Origin: Mobula hypostoma
Lineage: Eukaryota
Direction of reading: 5' to 3'
Assembly (NCBI RefSeq): GCF_963921235.1
Contig: NC_086097.1
Location: 50,966,001 to 51,030,000, forward strand
DNA: 64,000 nucleotides
The translations under genes and the position numbers were made by a program. The notes beneath the pieces are model-generated. The model was not told the origin of the DNA. It worked only from the letters and a program-made list of their open reading frames with translations, and did not search any database. Each line of letters starts with the position of its first letter. The stretch's first letter is position 1. This document shows positions 61,381-64,000 of the stretch, one piece after another.

Positions 61381-62931
61381 TTTGCGGCCAGATCCATCTT
61401 TCTTGTCAGATAACTCATATTCTACTTTTGCTTTGCTGAATTCCAGAACATTCCCCAATTCTCAAGTTTACTGGTTTTTTTTTAAAGATTTTGTTTTGGA
61501 TGTAATACTATTTTTAATTTGTGATCATGGTGGAGCTATTTTTCGGTTTGACACTTTGTCTTAAAAGAATGTATGTTTACTGAAAATCATGCATAATTTC
61601 TGTAAAAGCTTCAATGACTTTCCCCCAGTTTTTTCCAGCCAAGCTGGTCCTAATACCTCCAGAATATCATTTGTTCAGTTCTCTTAAACAAGTAGTCTTA
61701 AACATGACTTAAAAATACTTTTCACCATGAAGTCACAATCTTATAACATTTACTACTATGGATTTTGGCAATCAATTTCTAAAGATAAAATGGTATCACA
61801 TCTGATTGACAACATATCAACCACCTACATGGCTTATGCAGTTTGTCAACAATTTATATTTGGATGACTTTAATCAAGAAATCAACCGAATTGTGAAGTT
61901 TTGAAAAGACCCAAGTATGGCAAGGGCTTTCTAGTGTAAAAATGGAACATTTTCAAATGAGTACAAGAAAATTATGAATTTCAATAAGCATTAAAATAAT
62001 TTTCCCATTCATAACATACTGAAAACATGAATGCTCTATACTTGAAAATAATTTGTCGTTTATTGTAATGTAACAATTCTAAACAAAAACAATATAACCA
62101 CTCTTTATTAAGTTTCAGACAAGTCCCTTAAGACTTTACAGTTGAGAGCAGCTACAGCATTTTCATCACAATAACACTAAACCAGCCAGGAAAGAAATAC
62201 CTGTCCCTTGAAATCCCTAATATGGAACATTCTCATTTGAGAAATCAAACTAGCAAAATGTTAATACAGATTGTTTAAAGATGATTCGTAACAATAAACA
62301 AAAATGCACCTTTCTTGGAGCAGTTCTATTCTCAACCAGGAAAATAAATTTCAAGAACTTCAAATGTTAATATTTAATTATGTGCTATCTTACCAGTATT
62401 TTCATACCCAAATTCTTTTGGTATGAAAATATCCTCATAGGTGTACTATTGGAAGTATCCTGACAGGCTGAATCATGGTCTGGTACAGCAATTCAAATGC
62501 ACAGGAACACAAGAAGCTGCAGAGAGTCGTGAGCTCAGCCCAATACATCATGGGCACATCCCCCATCACCATTACTATAGGAGGTACTGCCTCAAAAAAT
62601 CAACATCCTAAGATCCCCAGCATCCCAGCCATTCCATATTCTCACAGCTACTATTGGGCTGGTGATAATCTACCAATTACAGCTGCCTTGCTCATTCCTC
62701 AATTCCACCTTCCTTAAGAAGGGCCGCAGCCTGAAATGTCAACTGTTTATTCATTTCCATGGATGCTGCCTAACTTGCTGTGTTCCTCATTATAGTGTGC
62801 GTTGCCCTGGATTTCCAGCATCTACAGGATCTCTTATGTTCATGAAACTACATTAGTAATTAATAAAATTCTCTACCATGAGAACAAAAGTATAAAACAT
62901 TATGTTTGAAATGAGCCAAATTTATAATTAC

Positions 62932-62989
62932 CTGGTTCCAACTTAATAATTTTAACTGCAGCGAGCTCTCCAGTCTGCAGATTCCTAGC
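62932..62989 (-). CDS. MAP4K5: MAP4K5-like kinase coding exon (58 bp): ARNLQTGELAAVKIIKLEP(G), subdomain II with the catalytic Lys
   Basis: Minus strand reads tttacag|GCTAGGAAT...TTGGAACCAG|gtaa. The translation matches the GCK-I family, and AAVKIIKLEP fits MAP4K5 better than MAP4K3 (AAIKVIKLEP). It ends in phase 1, compatible with the next exon. Confidence 0.93.
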
Positions 62990-63409
62990 CTGTAAATGAA
63001 AACCAGAAGATGTTTTTAGAAAGAAGTCATAACTCACTTCACAATTTCTGAAACAAAGCTGTTATCAAGGCAGGGTATATGCCATGAAATGCTAAAACTG
63101 ATTTCTATTCTTTAGATGGTTAATTTATAAAGAAATGAAAATAACCACAAATTTAAAAGCAGCGCACAAGCAGTTTGTAAAATATGTCTTTAAAATGTGG
63201 CCTTGAGGATACTTATGAAAGAAATACAATGGGTGCTGTACACATGCATTTTCAAAAAATAAAATTCACTGCAAGATTAACAGCTGCATAGCATTCAAGA
63301 TTGTGTGGCAACATCCAAGTGTGTGTCTTCTAGATCAAATGTAAGCAAATAGCAAAGATGTATGTCATTGACTACATGTTTCTCTCCCTCCACAGATTAG
63401 ATCTAATCT

Positions 63410-63668
63410 GAGTTATTTATTTATTTGCCATGCCACCCAACAGCCTCCAATTTAACCCTAGCCTAATCATGGGGCAATTTGCAATGGCCAGTTAGCCTAC
63501 TAACTGGCACGTCTTTGGACTGAGAGGAAAACCGGAACACCAAGAGGAAACCCACATGGTCACAGGGAAAATGTACAAATTCCTTACCGACAGACAGCGG
63601 TAGAAATTGAACTTGGGTTACTGATACTGTAAAGCTTTGTGCTAACCACTATGCTAGCATGCTGCTCC
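63410..63668 (-). mobile_element. V-SINE (HE1-like)
   Basis: Head ggagcagcatgctagcatagtggttagc...caagttcaattt, V-domain ttccctgtgaccatgtgggtttcctcttggtgttccggttttcctc, and an (AAAT)n tail. Confidence 0.75.
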
Positions 63669-64000
63669 ATCACCTTCCTCTCTCTGGTTCCTACCTCCTG
63701 ACATTATTCCATTGTCCACTCCTATGAGATTCCTTCTTCAGACCTTTGCCTCTGCCCTCTATCACCTTCCAACTTCTCACATCATTCCCCTTTTCCCACT
63801 CCCCCAGCCACCTGCATTCTCCTGGAGTGCAATGCACTTTTCGGTAGCTGCTTGACTTTATTACTACACTCTGTTATCATTTTACCAAGTTCTATCTCAA
63901 TGCACTGTGTACTGATTTGATCTGTATAAACAATGTGCAAGACAAGCTTTTCACTGTACCTTGGCACATCGAATAATAATAAATCTATTCCAATTCTAAA

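Noticed and set aside
62932..62989. Assignment of the gene to MAP4K3 or MAP4K2
   Set aside because: [35 protein letters not shown] and IAYVCRETLQ all fit MAP4K5 better as I recall the paralogs. A phylogeny or synteny check would confirm this.

Overview
This is vertebrate genomic DNA. The repeat set (abundant CR1, Rex1/Babar, Penelope-like elements and HE1/V-type SINEs) suggests a cartilaginous fish, probably a ray or shark; this is an inference. The whole window lies inside one host gene on the minus strand. Four short GT-AG exons (62932-62989, 15898-15988, 8859-8923, 2474-2529) splice in frame to [90 protein letters not shown]. That is the N-lobe and hinge of a GCK-I Ste20 kinase, best matching MAP4K5. 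The rest is intron (46.9 kb, 7.0 kb, 6.3 kb) packed with transposable elements. Highlights: a young Neptune-type Penelope-like element with a stop-free frame of about 780 codons (RT + GIY-YIG), a 14-bp TSD and a minimal hammerhead ribozyme; TSD-flanked mini-insertions whose breakpoints fall in that hammerhead; an RTE copy with twin-priming-type 5' inversion; a 99-bp-arm palindrome abutting a CpG-rich non-coding element; two solo LTRs with 4-bp TSDs; and multi-layer nested insertions. I see no clearly novel protein-coding system. Boundaries of decayed repeats are approximate and family names come from motif recognition, not database searches.
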